The notes: generated from the sequence alone by a model not told the origin. Numbered from the stretch's first letter, positions 16,321-27,983 are shown. The stretch is 64,000 nucleotides of DNA from Acidimicrobiia bacterium (GCA_050741975.1 JBOGET010000043.1:14935-78934), one strand, 5' to 3'. Numbers and translations are program-made.

Positions 16321-17733
16321 GTGATCCCCAAACGGCTCCAGTTCCTGGTCTCACCCGATCTGCCCCCGGCCCAGCTTGCCGGGATCTTCTCGGCGGCGGG
16401 TCACAAGTTGTTCCTGGTCGGCGGTTCGGTCCGTGACGCCTTTCTCGAGCGCCCGGTCGAGGACTTCGACTTCGCCACCGACGCTCGCCCCGAGCGTATC
16501 GCCCACCTGCTCGACTCCTGGGCCGATGTCGTGTACACGGTGGGGGCGACCTTCGGGACGGTGGCCGCCCGAAAGGATGGCCTGACCATCGAGGTCACGA
16601 CCTTTCGCGACGAGGTATATCGGGACGACTCCCGCAAGCCCCATGTCAGCTACTCCGACGACATCGAGACCGACCTGTCCCGACGCGACTTCACCGTCAA
16701 CGCAATCGCCCTCTCCCTGATGGACATGGAGCCGGTCGACCCGCACGGCGGGCTCGCCGATCTGGCCGGCGGGGTGCTGAGGACCCCCCTCGACCCGACG
16801 GTGTCGTTCTCCGAGGATCCGCTGCGCATGCTTCGTCTCTTCCGGTTCCAGGCCACGCTCGGCTTCAAGCCCGAGGCCAGGACGGTCGAGGCGGTGGGGG
16901 AGTTGGGAGAGCGTCTCCAGATCGTCTCCGCCGAGCGGATACGGGACGAGTTGTCCAAGCTGGTGACAGCCCCGGCCCCGGGCAAGGCCATGTCCCGGGT
17001 GGTGACATCGGGTCTGGCCGCCCACTTCCTGCCCGAGCTGCCCGCCCTGGCCATGGAACAGGACCCGCACCAAAGGCACAAGGACGTGCTGGCCCACACT
17101 CTCGCCGTCATGGACAAGACGTCCCCCGACACGGTCCTTCGCCTCGCCGCCCTGTTTCACGACATCGGCAAGCCCGACACCCGCCAGTTCGGTCCCGACG
17201 GGGTGTCCTTTCACCATCACGAGGTGGTGGGGGCGAGGATGACCCGGCGCCGGTTGAAGGCCCTCCGCTACCCGAAGGAGATGGTGGACGACGTGTCCCG
17301 GCTCGTCTTCCTCCATCTCCGCCCCCACACGCTCAAGATGGGCTGGACCGATTCGGCGGTCAGACGGTATGTGCGCGACGCCGGACCGCTGCTCCTGCGG
17401 CTCAACGAGCTGGTCAGATCGGACGTCACCACCGCCAACCCGCGCCGGCAGCGGGCGGTACAGAACCGGATCGACGAGTTGGAGAAGCGGATAGCCGAGC
17501 TGGAGGCGAAGGAGGAGATCTCACGCCTGCGGCCCCCGATCGACGGTCATCAGGTGATGGACTACCTGGGGATTGGGCCGGGCCCTCGCATCGGTGACAT
17601 CATGGGGCTGATGTTGGAGAGAAGGATCGACGACGGGCCCTACAGCGTGGGCGACGCTTACGTCATGGTGCGGGAATGGGCCATCGCCCAGGGCATACCC
17701 GACCCGGGCCCGGCCCCCGAAGAGGAGGAGTGA
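16321..17733 (+). CDS. cca: CCA tRNA nucleotidyltransferase / poly(A) polymerase with HD domain
   Basis: GGSVRD...DFDF..D nucleotidyltransferase motif, RDFT.NA, and the HD motif LFHDIGKP. Confidence 0.85.
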   Translation: MIPKRLQFLVSPDLPPAQLAGIFSAAGHKLFLVGGSVRDAFLERPVEDFDFATDARPERIAHLLDSWADVVYTVGATFGTVAARKDGLTIEVTTFRDEVYRDDSRKPHVSYSDDIETDLSRRDFTVNAIALSLMDMEPVDPHGGLADLAGGVLRTPLDPTVSFSEDPLRMLRLFRFQATLGFKPEARTVEAVGELGERLQIVSAERIRDELSKLVTAPAPGKAMSRVVTSGLAAHFLPELPALAMEQDPHQRHKDVLAHTLAVMDKTSPDTVLRLAALFHDIGKPDTRQFGPDGVSFHHHEVVGARMTRRRLKALRYPKEMVDDVSRLVFLHLRPHTLKMGWTDSAVRRYVRDAGPLLLRLNELVRSDVTTANPRRQRAVQNRIDELEKRIAELEAKEEISRLRPPIDGHQVMDYLGIGPGPRIGDIMGLMLERRIDDGPYSVGDAYVMVREWAIAQGIPDPGPAPEEEE

Positions 17734-17735
17734 GC

Positions 17736-18926
17736 TTGAAGGTCGTCCTCGCCTATTCCGGCGGTCTGGACACGTCGGTGATCCTCGCCTGGCTCCGTGA
17801 GCAGCGGGGCGCCGAGGTGATCGCCTACACCGCCGACATCGGACAGGGAGCGGAGGTTGGCGAGGCGAAGGAGAAGGCCATCGCCACCGGCGCGGTCGAC
17901 GCGGTCGTCGAGGACCTGACCCGCCGCTTCGTCGCCGGGGCCGTGTTCCCGGCCCTGCGCGCCGGTGCCGTCTACGAAGGGATGTACCTGCTCGGGACCT
18001 CTCTGGCCCGGCCCATCATCACCGAAGGACTGGTGCGCACCGCCCGGGCCTTCGGCGCCGACGCCATCGCCCATGGAGCCACCGGCAAGGGCAACGACCA
18101 GGTCCGGTTCGAGCTCTCGGTGGCGGCCCTCGCTCCCGAGTTGGAGGTCATCGCACCCTGGCGGGAATGGGGTCTGGCGGGACGCTCCGATCTCATGGAC
18201 TACGCCCGAGAGCGTGAGATCCCGGTGCCGGTCACCAAGGAGGAGCCCTACTCGATGGACGCCAACATCTTCCACATCTCCTACGAGGGCGGCATCCTCG
18301 AGGACCCCTGGGCGGCGCCACCGCCGAAGATGTTCCGTCTGACCGTCGGCCCGACCGACGCCCCGGACGAGCCCGAGGAGATCGTCATAGGTTTCGAGCA
18401 CGGAAACCCGGTTTCGATCGACGGTCGTGACCTGGGCCCGGTTCAGCTGCTCGAGGAAGCGAATGGTTTGGCCGGACGCCACGGGGTGGGGCGGGTGGAC
18501 ATCGTCGAGAACCGCTTCGTCGGGATCAAGAGCCGGGGGGTTTACGAGACGCCGGGTGGGACCATCCTCCATCTCGCCCACCGCGCCGTCGAGTCGATCA
18601 CCCTCGACCGGGAGGTGCTCCACATCCGGGACGGGTTGATCCCCCGCTACGCCGGGATCGTCTACAACGGCTTCTGGTTCAGCCCGGAGCGGACCGCGTT
18701 GCAGGTCCTAATGGACCACATGCAGGGCCCGGTGACGGGCGAGGCCCGACTCGTCCTGTACAAGGGCTCGGCTCAGGTGACCGGGCGACGCTCGCCGAAC
18801 AGCCTCTACGACCCGGGCACGGCGACGTTCGAAGCCGACGACGTCTATCGCCAGGCCGATGCCGAGGGCTTCATCTCCCTGAACGCCCTGCGCATAAGGG
18901 GATTTGGCGGCTGGGAGGTGGAATGA
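17736..18926 (+). CDS. argG: Argininosuccinate synthase
   Basis: [12 protein letters not shown]-binding motif. Start at TTG 17736, downstream of gaggaggag; the track start 17676 overlaps cca. Confidence 0.94.
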   Translation: MKVVLAYSGGLDTSVILAWLREQRGAEVIAYTADIGQGAEVGEAKEKAIATGAVDAVVEDLTRRFVAGAVFPALRAGAVYEGMYLLGTSLARPIITEGLVRTARAFGADAIAHGATGKGNDQVRFELSVAALAPELEVIAPWREWGLAGRSDLMDYAREREIPVPVTKEEPYSMDANIFHISYEGGILEDPWAAPPPKMFRLTVGPTDAPDEPEEIVIGFEHGNPVSIDGRDLGPVQLLEEANGLAGRHGVGRVDIVENRFVGIKSRGVYETPGGTILHLAHRAVESITLDREVLHIRDGLIPRYAGIVYNGFWFSPERTALQVLMDHMQGPVTGEARLVLYKGSAQVTGRRSPNSLYDPGTATFEADDVYRQADAEGFISLNALRIRGFGGWEVE

Positions 18927-20287
18927 CCCTCTGGGGAGGGCGCTTCGACTCGGACCCGGGTGCGACACTTTGGGCCTACACCACCGATGCAACGGATCGA
19001 CGTCTGCTCGCCGACGACGTCGAGGGCTCGATCGCCCACGTGACGATGCTGGGGGAGACGGGGATCCTCCGCAGGGCGGAGGTGACGACTCTGCTCGCTG
19101 GGCTCGGCCAGATCCGGGACGACCTGGACGCCGGGGTCTTCGAGTTCTCCGATTCCGACGAGGACGTTCACACCGCCGTGGAGCGGCGGCTGTTCGACCT
19201 GATCGGCGAGATGGCGGGGAAGCTGCACACCGCCCGGTCTCGCAACGACCAGGTCGCCCTCGACATGCGGCTCTACACCCGGCGCTCGGCGTCGGAGCGC
19301 ATCGAGCAGCTTCATGACTACGCCTTGACCCTGGCCGATCTGGGGGAACGACACGCCGATGCCATCGTGCCCTCTTACACCCACCTGCAACAAGCGCAGC
19401 CAACCACGCTCGGGCATCATCTCATGGCCTATGCGTGGATGGCGATGCGGGATGCAGAGAGGTTCGCCGGGGCCCGGCGCCGGATCGACGTGTCGCCTCT
19501 CGGCGCCGGTGCTTCCGCCGGCACCTCCCTGCCCATCGATCCCGAGGCAACCGCGAGAGCCCTGGGGATGGGGGCGGTGTTCGAGAACTCACTCGACGCC
19601 GTTGGCTCGCGGGACCATCTCGCGGAGTTCGTCTTCTGCTGCTCCCAGGCCATGGTGCATCTCTCCCGGCTCGCCGAGGAGATCGTTCTCTGGGCCACAC
19701 CGGAGTTCGGACTGGCCCGTCTCGGCGACAGCGTGACCACCGGGTCATCGGCCCTCCCCCAGAAGCGAAACCCTGACATGGCCGAGCTCATCCGGGGGCG
19801 GGCGGCCCGGGTATCCGGTCTGCTGGCATCGATCATGACCCTGCAGAAGGGCCTTCCCCTCAGCTACAACCGCGACCTCCAGGAGGACAAACGACTGGTC
19901 TTCGACGCCGACGACACGTTGGCCGGGTCTCTGCAGGCGATGGTGGAGTTGCTGGGCCAGATCGAGTTCCTTCCGGTCGTCCCCTCCGTCGACACCGCCG
20001 GTCTCGACCTGGCTGAGGCCCTGGTCGGCCGGGGCGTTCCCTTTCGCCAGGCACATGAGGCGGTTGGGAAGTTGATACTGGGTCTCGAGGGCCAGGGTCG
20101 CTCACTCCGCGACGCCACGATCGAGGATCTGACCGCCGCCCACCCCGGGTTCGTCGAGGTGGACCTCGACCTCATCGACCCGGCGGTCTCGGTGGCGCGC
20201 CGGCGCAGCCCGGGTGGGGGGAGCCCGGAGTCGGTCCACACCCAGGTCGCCGACCTGCGGCGGAGAGTCGCCGGGTCGGCCGGATAG
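18923..20287 (+). CDS. argH: Argininosuccinate lyase
   Basis: Fumarate-lyase signature [16 protein letters not shown] overlap with argG. Confidence 0.95.
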   Translation: MTLWGGRFDSDPGATLWAYTTDATDRRLLADDVEGSIAHVTMLGETGILRRAEVTTLLAGLGQIRDDLDAGVFEFSDSDEDVHTAVERRLFDLIGEMAGKLHTARSRNDQVALDMRLYTRRSASERIEQLHDYALTLADLGERHADAIVPSYTHLQQAQPTTLGHHLMAYAWMAMRDAERFAGARRRIDVSPLGAGASAGTSLPIDPEATARALGMGAVFENSLDAVGSRDHLAEFVFCCSQAMVHLSRLAEEIVLWATPEFGLARLGDSVTTGSSALPQKRNPDMAELIRGRAARVSGLLASIMTLQKGLPLSYNRDLQEDKRLVFDADDTLAGSLQAMVELLGQIEFLPVVPSVDTAGLDLAEALVGRGVPFRQAHEAVGKLILGLEGQGRSLRDATIEDLTAAHPGFVEVDLDLIDPAVSVARRRSPGGGSPESVHTQVADLRRRVAGSAG

Positions 20288-20295
20288 CTCGTCCG

Positions 20296-21171
20296 GTGCT
20301 CCGACGTTTCGACCCGAGCAGGAAGCGGCGCCAGGAGGTGCTCGGGGTGCCCATGGCCTACCTGGAGCAGGGTCAGGGGGATCCCATCGTGCTGGTTCAC
20401 GGCAACCCGACCAGTTCCTACCTGTGGCGCAAGGTGATCCCCGAGCTGTCGAAGGCGGGACGATGCATCGCTCCCGACCTGATCGGGATGGGCGACTCGG
20501 CCAAGGTGTTCGCCGGGGCCAACACCTATACCTTCTCGGACCACCAGGCCTATCTGGAGGCTTTCCTCCACGCCATGGGAATCGAGCGGGACGTGACCCT
20601 GGTCGGCCACGATTGGGGTGGACCGCTGGTGTTCGATTGGGGCCGTCGTCATCCCGGGTCGGTTCGGGCGATGGCCTATATGGAGACCATCGTCACCCCG
20701 ATCACCTGGGACGACTGGCCCGAGCGGTCGAGGGAGTTCTTCCGCGCACTTCGCTCCGACGCCGGGGAGGACATGATCCTGCGCCGCAACCTCTTCGTGG
20801 AAAGAGTCCTCCCGGCATCGGTCCTCGACCCCCTGCCGCCCGCTGTGCTCGACGTCTACCGGTCCCCCTACCGCAGCGTGGGCGAGTCGAGACGGCCCAC
20901 TCTGACCTGGCCCCGTGAGGTCCCGATCGAGGGTGAGCCGAAGAATGTCGCCGACATCGTCGCCGACAACGAGAGATGGCTCGAGGGCCCCGAGGTGCCC
21001 AAGCTCTTCGTCAACGCCGAGCCGGGCGGCATCCTCGTGGGTCGACCGCGTCAGGTGTGCCGTTCCTGGGCCAACCAGACCGAGATCGCCGTTCGGGGCA
21101 TTCATTTCGTGCAGGAGGACTCGGGCGAGGCGATAGGCCAAGCCATCGCTTCGTGGCTCACGTCGCTCTGA
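20296..21171 (+). CDS. Haloalkane dehalogenase-type alpha/beta hydrolase
   Basis: HGNPTSSYLWR, nucleophile elbow GHDWGG, and C-terminal GIHFVQED. Confidence 0.78.
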   Translation: MLRRFDPSRKRRQEVLGVPMAYLEQGQGDPIVLVHGNPTSSYLWRKVIPELSKAGRCIAPDLIGMGDSAKVFAGANTYTFSDHQAYLEAFLHAMGIERDVTLVGHDWGGPLVFDWGRRHPGSVRAMAYMETIVTPITWDDWPERSREFFRALRSDAGEDMILRRNLFVERVLPASVLDPLPPAVLDVYRSPYRSVGESRRPTLTWPREVPIEGEPKNVADIVADNERWLEGPEVPKLFVNAEPGGILVGRPRQVCRSWANQTEIAVRGIHFVQEDSGEAIGQAIASWLTSL

Positions 21172-21192
21172 TCGTCCCTAACGTGGCCACCC

Positions 21193-22128
21193 GTGATCCT
21201 GCTGGTGATCCCTGCCCTGCTGCTGGCGGCGATCAGCCTCGCCTCCTTTGCCGGGGCTTGGGTCTGGTGGCTCGATGTCCTGGCCAACTTCCGGGCCCAG
21301 TACGTGGTGGCCCTGGCCGTGCTCGGTCTGGTCGTCGCCGTGACGCGCTGGCGTCGAACTGGCCTCGCCATCCTCGGCGTCGCGCTGATCAACCTGTTGT
21401 TCGTCGCCCCGCTCTATGTCGGCTCTCCGGGCGAGTCGGTGGCCGCCGCCCCAGACCTGCGTGTCATGAGCTTCAACCTGCTGTCGACCAACGAGAGCTA
21501 CAACGACGTCATCGAGTACATCAAGGCGGCGGAGCCCGACGTGGTGCTCCTCCACGAGTCGAGCCGACCTTGGGAGGTGGCGATGGAGTCGGCCGGTCTC
21601 GACTACCAGATCATCCGGGGCCGTTCCGAGGACCTGATTTTCGGGACCCTCGTGCTGGTCCGGGACGAGGTCGAGGCCGTGTCCTACGGGTTCGCCGAGG
21701 GGGCGGCCCGGGCCATCGCCATGGAATACCAGCCCGACGGCTGGCCGGAGCCGGTGCAGATTCTCTCCTCGCACCCACTGGCCCCCACCACTGCGGATCG
21801 GGCGGCTCTCCGGGACGCCCAGCTCGAGTTCGCCGCCGAGTGGGCAAGCGAGCAGGAGGGCGCCTTTCTCGTCGTCGGTGACCTGAATGCCTCGCCATGG
21901 TCCTGGCCCTTCCGGCGCCTTGTCGACGACGGGAGCCTGCGCAACTCCCAGATTGGGTTCGGTCTCCAGCCCACCTTCTCCGCCAACTCATTCCTCTTGT
22001 TCCGGGTGCCGATCGACCACCTGCTCCACAGCCAGGAGCTGAGGGTGCGGGATCGTCGGCTCGGTCCCGCCCTGGGCTCGGACCACTTCCCCCTGATCGT
22101 GGACCTGGAGCACGCCGGCTCCCCTTAA
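21193..22128 (+). CDS. Membrane-anchored endonuclease/exonuclease/phosphatase family protein
   Basis: N-terminal TM helices, then EEP-type motifs (RVMSFNL, GDLNASPWS, SDHFPL). Confidence 0.7.
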   Translation: MILLVIPALLLAAISLASFAGAWVWWLDVLANFRAQYVVALAVLGLVVAVTRWRRTGLAILGVALINLLFVAPLYVGSPGESVAAAPDLRVMSFNLLSTNESYNDVIEYIKAAEPDVVLLHESSRPWEVAMESAGLDYQIIRGRSEDLIFGTLVLVRDEVEAVSYGFAEGAARAIAMEYQPDGWPEPVQILSSHPLAPTTADRAALRDAQLEFAAEWASEQEGAFLVVGDLNASPWSWPFRRLVDDGSLRNSQIGFGLQPTFSANSFLLFRVPIDHLLHSQELRVRDRRLGPALGSDHFPLIVDLEHAGSP

Positions 22129-22204
22129 TTGGGACGGTCAGAGGTCAGATACGTACCTGTTAATCCCAATTACGGGAAGGTGGGCACCAAGTACCGTTCC
22201 CGGC

Positions 22205-23656
22205 ATGTCAGATCGTTATGCCGCGCGCCGCCGTCGTCTGGCCGAGGAGATCGGCGACGATGCCATCGCCATCGTCCCGGCCGCAGTCGAGGTCATTCGG
22301 AGCAACGACACCGAGTTCGACTTTCACCAGGACCCGGATTTCCACTACCTGACCGGCTTCCACGAGCCGGAGGCCGTCGCCGTCATCACGCCCGGCCACG
22401 GCGATGGTGACTACACCCTCTTCGTCCGGCCACGTGATCCCGAGATGGAGGCCTGGGACGGCTACCGGGTGGGGACCGAAGGGGCCATGGAGCGTTTCGG
22501 GGCCGACAGCGCCTATGAGATCGGCGATCTCGACGAGGTGCTGACCCGGTACATGATCGGTCGTGAGGTCCTCTGGTATCGAATCGGCAACCCGCTCCAC
22601 GACGACCGAGTGCGCGGGATCATCGCCCGGGCCCGGGGTCATCGCAAGCGATACGGGGGCGCCGTTCCCTCGACCGTCAAGGACATCTCCTTCCTTCTCG
22701 CCGAGATGCGCTTGATCAAGACCGAGGACGAAGTGGAGAGTCTGCGCCGGGCCTGTGAGCTGTCGGCGAAGGGCCACGCAGAGGCGATGCGTTTTGCCGC
22801 CCCGGGGCTGTATGAGTACCAGGTGCAGGCGGCGCTGGAGTATCACTGGCGCATGGCGGGGGCACGGCACAACGGCTATCCCTCGATCGTGGCCTCCGGG
22901 GCCAACGCCTGTGTCCTCCACTACGTGGAGAACGACCGGCTCATCCAGGACGGTGACCTGGTCCTCGTCGATGCCGCCGCCGAGGTCGACGGGTACTCGT
23001 CGGACATCACCAGGACCTTCCCGGCCAACGGCCGGTTCACCGGGCCGCAGCGCGCCATCTACGAGGTGGTCTACTCGGCATGCCAAGCGGGGCTCGACAT
23101 GTCGGTACCGGGCTCGAGCATGCGGGCCATCCACGACACCGCGACTCGTGTCCTCACCGAGGGGATGGTGGAGTTGGGGCTTCTTCCCAAGCCGGTCGAG
23201 GAGTCGCTGGCCATGCACCACTACAACCAGTTTTACTTCCATGGCACCGGGCACTGGCTCGGGCTCGACGTGCACGACATGGGCACGTACCGCGTCGAAG
23301 GCGTCCCCCGCAAGCTGGAGCCGGGAATGGCCTTCACCGTCGAGCCCGGGCTCTACGTCTCACCGGAGAAGGGCGACATCACTCTCGCCCTGCTCGAGTA
23401 CGACCAGGACGAGTGGAACCAGCGGCGGATCCTGGAAGGGAGGGCCGCAGCCATGGCCAAGGAGGCCGAGGCCAGGGAGAAGGCGGAGAAGATCACCCAC
23501 ACGGTGCCACCCGAGTTTCTCGGCATCGGGGTCCGGATCGAGGACGACGTGGTCATCACGGACGACGGCCGCGAGAACCTCACCTCGACGGTGCCGTCGG
23601 CGATCGACCAGGTCGAGGCCCTATGCGCCGAGAGGTCGGTGCTTCCAAGCGGCTGA
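22205..23656 (+). CDS. pepP: Xaa-Pro aminopeptidase (M24B)
   Basis: AMP_N-type N-terminus and M24 metal ligands (D..AA..DGY.SDITRT, HGTGHWLGLDVHD, EPG, IEDDV). Confidence 0.85.
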   Translation: MSDRYAARRRRLAEEIGDDAIAIVPAAVEVIRSNDTEFDFHQDPDFHYLTGFHEPEAVAVITPGHGDGDYTLFVRPRDPEMEAWDGYRVGTEGAMERFGADSAYEIGDLDEVLTRYMIGREVLWYRIGNPLHDDRVRGIIARARGHRKRYGGAVPSTVKDISFLLAEMRLIKTEDEVESLRRACELSAKGHAEAMRFAAPGLYEYQVQAALEYHWRMAGARHNGYPSIVASGANACVLHYVENDRLIQDGDLVLVDAAAEVDGYSSDITRTFPANGRFTGPQRAIYEVVYSACQAGLDMSVPGSSMRAIHDTATRVLTEGMVELGLLPKPVEESLAMHHYNQFYFHGTGHWLGLDVHDMGTYRVEGVPRKLEPGMAFTVEPGLYVSPEKGDITLALLEYDQDEWNQRRILEGRAAAMAKEAEAREKAEKITHTVPPEFLGIGVRIEDDVVITDDGRENLTSTVPSAIDQVEALCAERSVLPSG

Positions 23657-23734
23657 GCATCGGCTCCATCGAGGCACAGAACCCGGATGCACGCTCGACC
23701 GACGCGGAGGCATCCGAGAGCTAGGTCGCCTCGA

Positions 23735-24496
23735 CTAGACCGTCGCCGGTATGGCGTAGAGCAGGATGGCGAAGAAGTGAAATGCGCTCCCGGCGATCAC
23801 CAGCACGTGGAACAGCTCGTGGTGCGAGAAGATCTTCGGGAACAACCGAGGTCGTTGGGCGGCATAGATCACGGTTCCCACCGTGTAGCACACACCGCCG
23901 AAGGCGATCAGGGCGATCGCTCCCGATCCCAGCTCACTCCACATCCACGGGATCCAAATCAGGGCTGACCAGCCCATCGCCATCTGCAGTGTCACCGAGA
24001 GGGTTGTCCGGATCTCGGGCATGAGCATCTTGAGGAGGATGCCGGTCACGGCGATGCCCCACATCACTACCAAGGCGAGGAAGAGGATGGCCCCGTCGAG
24101 GGAAGCAATCGCAATCGGGGTGAAGGTGCCGGCCACGACGAGGAAGATCATCGAGTGATCGACACGCTGCAGCCTCGTCTTCCATCTCGGTTCCCAGGGG
24201 ACCGAGTGATAGAGCGACGAAATGGTGTACATCACCAGAAGGGCGCCGCCGAAGACGAGCGCCCCGATCACCGCCCCGACCTGTCCCCAGGCGCGGTCGA
24301 TGAGGACGGTGAGGCCAACAGCGGCGGCGATCGCCGCCGAACCATGGAGGAATCCCCGAATCGGGTTCTGCATCTTGCCCAGAGTCAGTCTCTCCATGTC
24401 GTCGGGGAGGGTATCGGCCGTTGTGCCGTGTGCATTGAGCCACGGGGGGTGGCTGTCTGCATACGACACGAAAGAGGCCGGATGACCCAGAGCCAA
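23735..24496 (-). CDS. Hemolysin III / PAQR family channel protein
   Basis: Seven hydrophobic segments, with SSLYH and SHHELFHVLV motifs. A start at the internal Met (24397) is possible. Confidence 0.78.
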   Translation of the reverse strand: MALGHPASFVSYADSHPPWLNAHGTTADTLPDDMERLTLGKMQNPIRGFLHGSAAIAAAVGLTVLIDRAWGQVGAVIGALVFGGALLVMYTISSLYHSVPWEPRWKTRLQRVDHSMIFLVVAGTFTPIAIASLDGAILFLALVVMWGIAVTGILLKMLMPEIRTTLSVTLQMAMGWSALIWIPWMWSELGSGAIALIAFGGVCYTVGTVIYAAQRPRLFPKIFSHHELFHVLVIAGSAFHFFAILLYAIPATV

Positions 24497-24526
24497 AGCG
24501 AGTTACCACTCGCAGGGACCGGTACC

Positions 24527-25309
24527 ATGAGGAGCGCCGCCATGGCTCTTGGTCTTCTCTATCGCCTCTACGAGCGCAACCTCGTCAACGGTCTCGATCG
24601 GGACCGGCTGCCTCGTCACATCGGTATCGTCCTCGACGGGCATCGCCGTCATGCCCGGGAGGAGCGGCTCCCCACATATACCGAGAGCTACCGGGTCGGC
24701 ATGCGCAGATTCGAGGAGTTCCTCGGATGGGCGCATGAGTTGGAGATCCCGGCGGTCACGGCCTGGGTCCTCTCCAGGGAGAACCTGTCCCGGCCCGCCG
24801 AGGAGCTCGATCCCTACTTCGAGGTCCTGGTCGAGCTGTTCGGGAGACTCCCCGCCCTTTGCCAGGGCTACCACATGGGTATCAGGTTCATCGGGAGCCT
24901 CGATCTCCTTCCCGACGAGTTGGTCTCGGCGGCCAAGGCCTCCGAGGAGGCCCAGCCCTGGGGCGCCCGCAGGCTCAACATCGCCATGGGGTACGGGGGG
25001 CGTCAAGAGATCGTCGATGCCGCCAAGGACCTGGTGGCCAAGCTGGTGGCCGATGGTGTCCCCCCGGACGAGATCGGGGCCCGCATCGACGCCGAATCGC
25101 TGGCCTCGCACATGTACTCCGCCGATTTGCCAGACCCGGACCTCCTGATCCGGACCTCGGGTGAGTCACGTCTCTCCGGTTTTCTGCTCTGGCAGTCGGC
25201 CTACGCCGAGTTCGTCTTCGTCGACGTCAACTGGCCCGCCTTTCGCCGCGTCGACTTCCTCCGCGCCCTACGCGACTTCACCAGTCGGGAACGGCGTTTC
25301 GGAAAATAG
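24527..25309 (+). CDS. uppS: Isoprenyl transferase (undecaprenyl/decaprenyl diphosphate synthase family)
   Basis: HIGIVLDGHRR and RTSGE.RLSGFLLWQSAYAE motifs. Start at ATG 24527; the upstream part of ORF 24155..25309 is antisense to the hemolysin III gene. Confidence 0.85.
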   Translation: MRSAAMALGLLYRLYERNLVNGLDRDRLPRHIGIVLDGHRRHAREERLPTYTESYRVGMRRFEEFLGWAHELEIPAVTAWVLSRENLSRPAEELDPYFEVLVELFGRLPALCQGYHMGIRFIGSLDLLPDELVSAAKASEEAQPWGARRLNIAMGYGGRQEIVDAAKDLVAKLVADGVPPDEIGARIDAESLASHMYSADLPDPDLLIRTSGESRLSGFLLWQSAYAEFVFVDVNWPAFRRVDFLRALRDFTSRERRFGK

Positions 25310-25344
25310 GCCGGCCCACAACCCAATACGGATGGTTACTTCCT

Positions 25345-26031
25345 TCAGGAAGTGACCATGCCCTCCTCGAGGTGGCTCACGTCGCCGAGTTGACGGAGAG
25401 AGAAGGCCCACCCGGTGCTGATGCGGGCAATGGTGAGACGTGACACCCCGGTGTGTGGCTGACGGAAACGCTCCCACTCCCACGGCACCGGCTCCAGACC
25501 GAGGAGATGTCCCAGGACCACGGCGTTGGTCCCGGCGTGAGCCACGATCACGACCCGCTTCTCAGGGTCGTCGACCTCCCACAGGTGGCGGTGGTCAGCG
25601 TGCATGGGCCGGATCCCGTGTGCCCTCAGGGTCTCCTCGAGCCCGGTCACCACGCGTCGATGGAACGCACGGAACGACTCTCCGCCCGGCAGCCCGTCCC
25701 ACATCTCCTCCATGGTGCGGAGGTTGGAGTGGCGCAACGCCTTCTCGATCTCCTCGGCGGGGGAGCCGTCCCAGGCCGGGGGGTTCTGGATCTCCCTGAG
25801 CCACTCATAGACCTCGGGCTCGATCCCCACTTCGGATGAGATCGGCGCCGATGTCTGCAGGGCGCGGCTCATCGGCGAGGCCCACAACTCGTCCACCTGC
25901 TCCATCGCCCCCAGGCGCCGAGCCACCCGATTCGCCTGCTCCTGACCCAGCGCCGTCAGATCCGGGTCGTTGCGAGCGATGCGATCCGGGGTCCAGTCGG
26001 GATGGCCGTGCCGGACGAGGATCAGATCCAT
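25345..26031 (-). CDS. Histidine phosphatase (phosphoglycerate mutase-like) family protein
   Basis: N-terminal LVRHGH catalytic motif and a later H in VAHAGT. Confidence 0.8.
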   Translation of the reverse strand: MDLILVRHGHPDWTPDRIARNDPDLTALGQEQANRVARRLGAMEQVDELWASPMSRALQTSAPISSEVGIEPEVYEWLREIQNPPAWDGSPAEEIEKALRHSNLRTMEEMWDGLPGGESFRAFHRRVVTGLEETLRAHGIRPMHADHRHLWEVDDPEKRVVIVAHAGTNAVVLGHLLGLEPVPWEWERFRQPHTGVSRLTIARISTGWAFSLRQLGDVSHLEEGMVTS

Positions 26032-26095
26032 GCCCGCACGGTACCGCCGCCACCTCGACGGCTCATACCGACGAGACGGGCAATACGATTGCCTC

Positions 26096-26641
26096 GTGTC
26101 CCGTCAAGCCCTCATCGATCACCTGCGTAGCCACGCCCTTTTCAAGGATGGCCCCTACACGCTCAGGTCCGGGGTGAAGTCCGATTGGTACCTCGATGCC
26201 CGCCAGACGACCTTCAGCGGCGATGGGGCGCCGCTGGTCGGTGCCGCCGTGCTCGACATCCTCGACCCCGAGGTGAGGGCGGTGGGTGGCATGACCATGG
26301 GCGCCGATCCCATCGCCCTCGCCGTTGCGGTCGTGGCCCATGGGCGGGGCCGGAAGGTCAATGCCTTCTCGGTGCGGAAGACGACCAAGCTGCACGGGAC
26401 AGGCGGCCGGATCGTGGGCCCAGTGACTGCCGGGATGCCGGTGGCCATCCTCGAGGACACGACCACCACCGGTGGGGCGGCGCTGGAGGCAGCCGAGGCG
26501 GCCACTGCCGCCGGGCTTCGGGTGGTGCAGGCGATCGCGCTTGTCGACCGCTCCGACGGCCGCGCCGCCGATGCCTTCGACGAGCAGTCCATCCCTTATG
26601 TGGGCCTCATCCGCCCCCAAGATCTCGGCATCAGGCGATGA
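26096..26641 (+). CDS. pyrE: Orotate phosphoribosyltransferase
   Basis: FTLRSG..S.WY.D-like motif and PRPP loop VAILEDTTTTGG. Start at in-frame GTG 26096. Confidence 0.85.
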   Translation: MSRQALIDHLRSHALFKDGPYTLRSGVKSDWYLDARQTTFSGDGAPLVGAAVLDILDPEVRAVGGMTMGADPIALAVAVVAHGRGRKVNAFSVRKTTKLHGTGGRIVGPVTAGMPVAILEDTTTTGGAALEAAEAATAAGLRVVQAIALVDRSDGRAADAFDEQSIPYVGLIRPQDLGIRR

Positions 26642-27225
26642 AAGTGGTCGTCCGGAGATCGGCGGTGCGGATGTGGCTGCTGGCTATCGGCGGCATCCCC
26701 TTTCTGGTGATCGCCGTCGACGTGCTCACCAACCGCCGGATCACAAACTGGCTGCGGGAGCTCATCTTCACCCCGCAGGACACCCAGATCTACGAGCCAC
26801 GAGATGTGATCTGGGCCTGGGCGATGCTTCTCTTCTCAGGTTTCCTCGTGCTATGGGGGCTGAAGGAGCTCTTCCTTCCAACCAATGTGATCGAGGCCCG
26901 GGACGCCGGCCTGGCGTTGAGACTGCGGGGCCCGTTCCGCAAGCCCGACCTGATCCCATGGGGCAACATCGTCGACATCGTGCCCGGTGAGATCTCGGAC
27001 GAGGGCGACATCCTCCTCCTGCTCCGCGTGAAGCTCCTGATACGGGGAGGGCTCCCCGATCACCCTTGGGGGGCGCGCTGGGTGGAGACCCATGTCCTCG
27101 GCCTTCTCGCCGAGGACTGGGAGATCCCACCAGCCCGGGTCGCCGATCAGTTGGCCGAGTACAGGGTCGATGCGGTCCGACGTGAGGCCCGGGCCCGCAC
27201 GGCCCGCATCTGGGACACGTCGTGA
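26638..27225 (+). CDS. Membrane protein (two N-terminal TM helices plus a cytoplasmic domain), function unknown
   Basis: In-frame ATG 26638 within ORF 26185..27225, with an ATGA overlap on the pyrE stop. Hydrophobic segments LLAIGGIPFLVIAV and AWAMLLFSGFLVLWG. Confidence 0.5.
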   Translation: MKVVVRRSAVRMWLLAIGGIPFLVIAVDVLTNRRITNWLRELIFTPQDTQIYEPRDVIWAWAMLLFSGFLVLWGLKELFLPTNVIEARDAGLALRLRGPFRKPDLIPWGNIVDIVPGEISDEGDILLLLRVKLLIRGGLPDHPWGARWVETHVLGLLAEDWEIPPARVADQLAEYRVDAVRREARARTARIWDTS

Positions 27226-27983
27226 TCCAGGTCGGAGCCCACGTCCCCTCGATCAGCCCACTCGAGGAGGCACTGGAGCGGAAAGCCGATCTGGTGCAGA
27301 TCTTCCTCTCCAATCCCCAATCCTGGAAGAAGCCGGCACCTCGCTCCGACGCCGAGACCTTGCGCAACTCCCCGATGCCGGTCTATGTCCACGCCCCCTA
27401 TCTGATCAACGTCTGCGCGGACAACAACCGGGTCAGGATCCCGTCGCGGAGGATCCTCCAGGAGACCTGCGATGCCGCCGGCGAGGTGAGAGCGCAGGCG
27501 GTGATCGTCCACGGCGGCCATGTGACCGGCGAGGGGCCCCAGGAGGAGGGGATCGACCGGTGGAGGAAGGCGCTCGACTCCATCGACACCGAGGTTCCAG
27601 TGCTCATCGAGAACACTGCGGGTGGGGACAAGGCGGTGGCGAGACGCGTCGAGTGGATCGGTCGTCTCTTCGGAGAGGTCGGCGGCTACGGCGTCGGCTT
27701 CGTGCTCGACACCTGTCATCTGTGGGGGGGAGGCGAGCCCTTCGATGAAGTAGTGCCCCGGATCATGGAGGCGACCGGTCGCATCGACCTGGTCCAGGTC
27801 AACGACTCCAAGGACCCCTTCGACTCGAGACGGGACCGTCACGAGAACCTGGGAAGAGGCTTGATCCCCCCCGACGAGATGGCCCGACTGATCGTCGAGG
27901 CCGGGGCCCCGGTGGTGGTGGAGACACCTGGCGGGGTGGAGGAGCAGGCTGCCGACATCGAATGGGTCCGATCCATTCTCTGA
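27222..27983 (+). CDS. nfo: Deoxyribonuclease IV (AP endonuclease 2 / TIM-barrel family)
   Basis: Conserved H and E/D metal ligands in the order VHAPY, VIVHGG, LIENTAG, LDTCH, ND..D...SR.DRHE. Confidence 0.78.
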   Translation: MIQVGAHVPSISPLEEALERKADLVQIFLSNPQSWKKPAPRSDAETLRNSPMPVYVHAPYLINVCADNNRVRIPSRRILQETCDAAGEVRAQAVIVHGGHVTGEGPQEEGIDRWRKALDSIDTEVPVLIENTAGGDKAVARRVEWIGRLFGEVGGYGVGFVLDTCHLWGGGEPFDEVVPRIMEATGRIDLVQVNDSKDPFDSRRDRHENLGRGLIPPDEMARLIVEAGAPVVVETPGGVEEQAADIEWVRSIL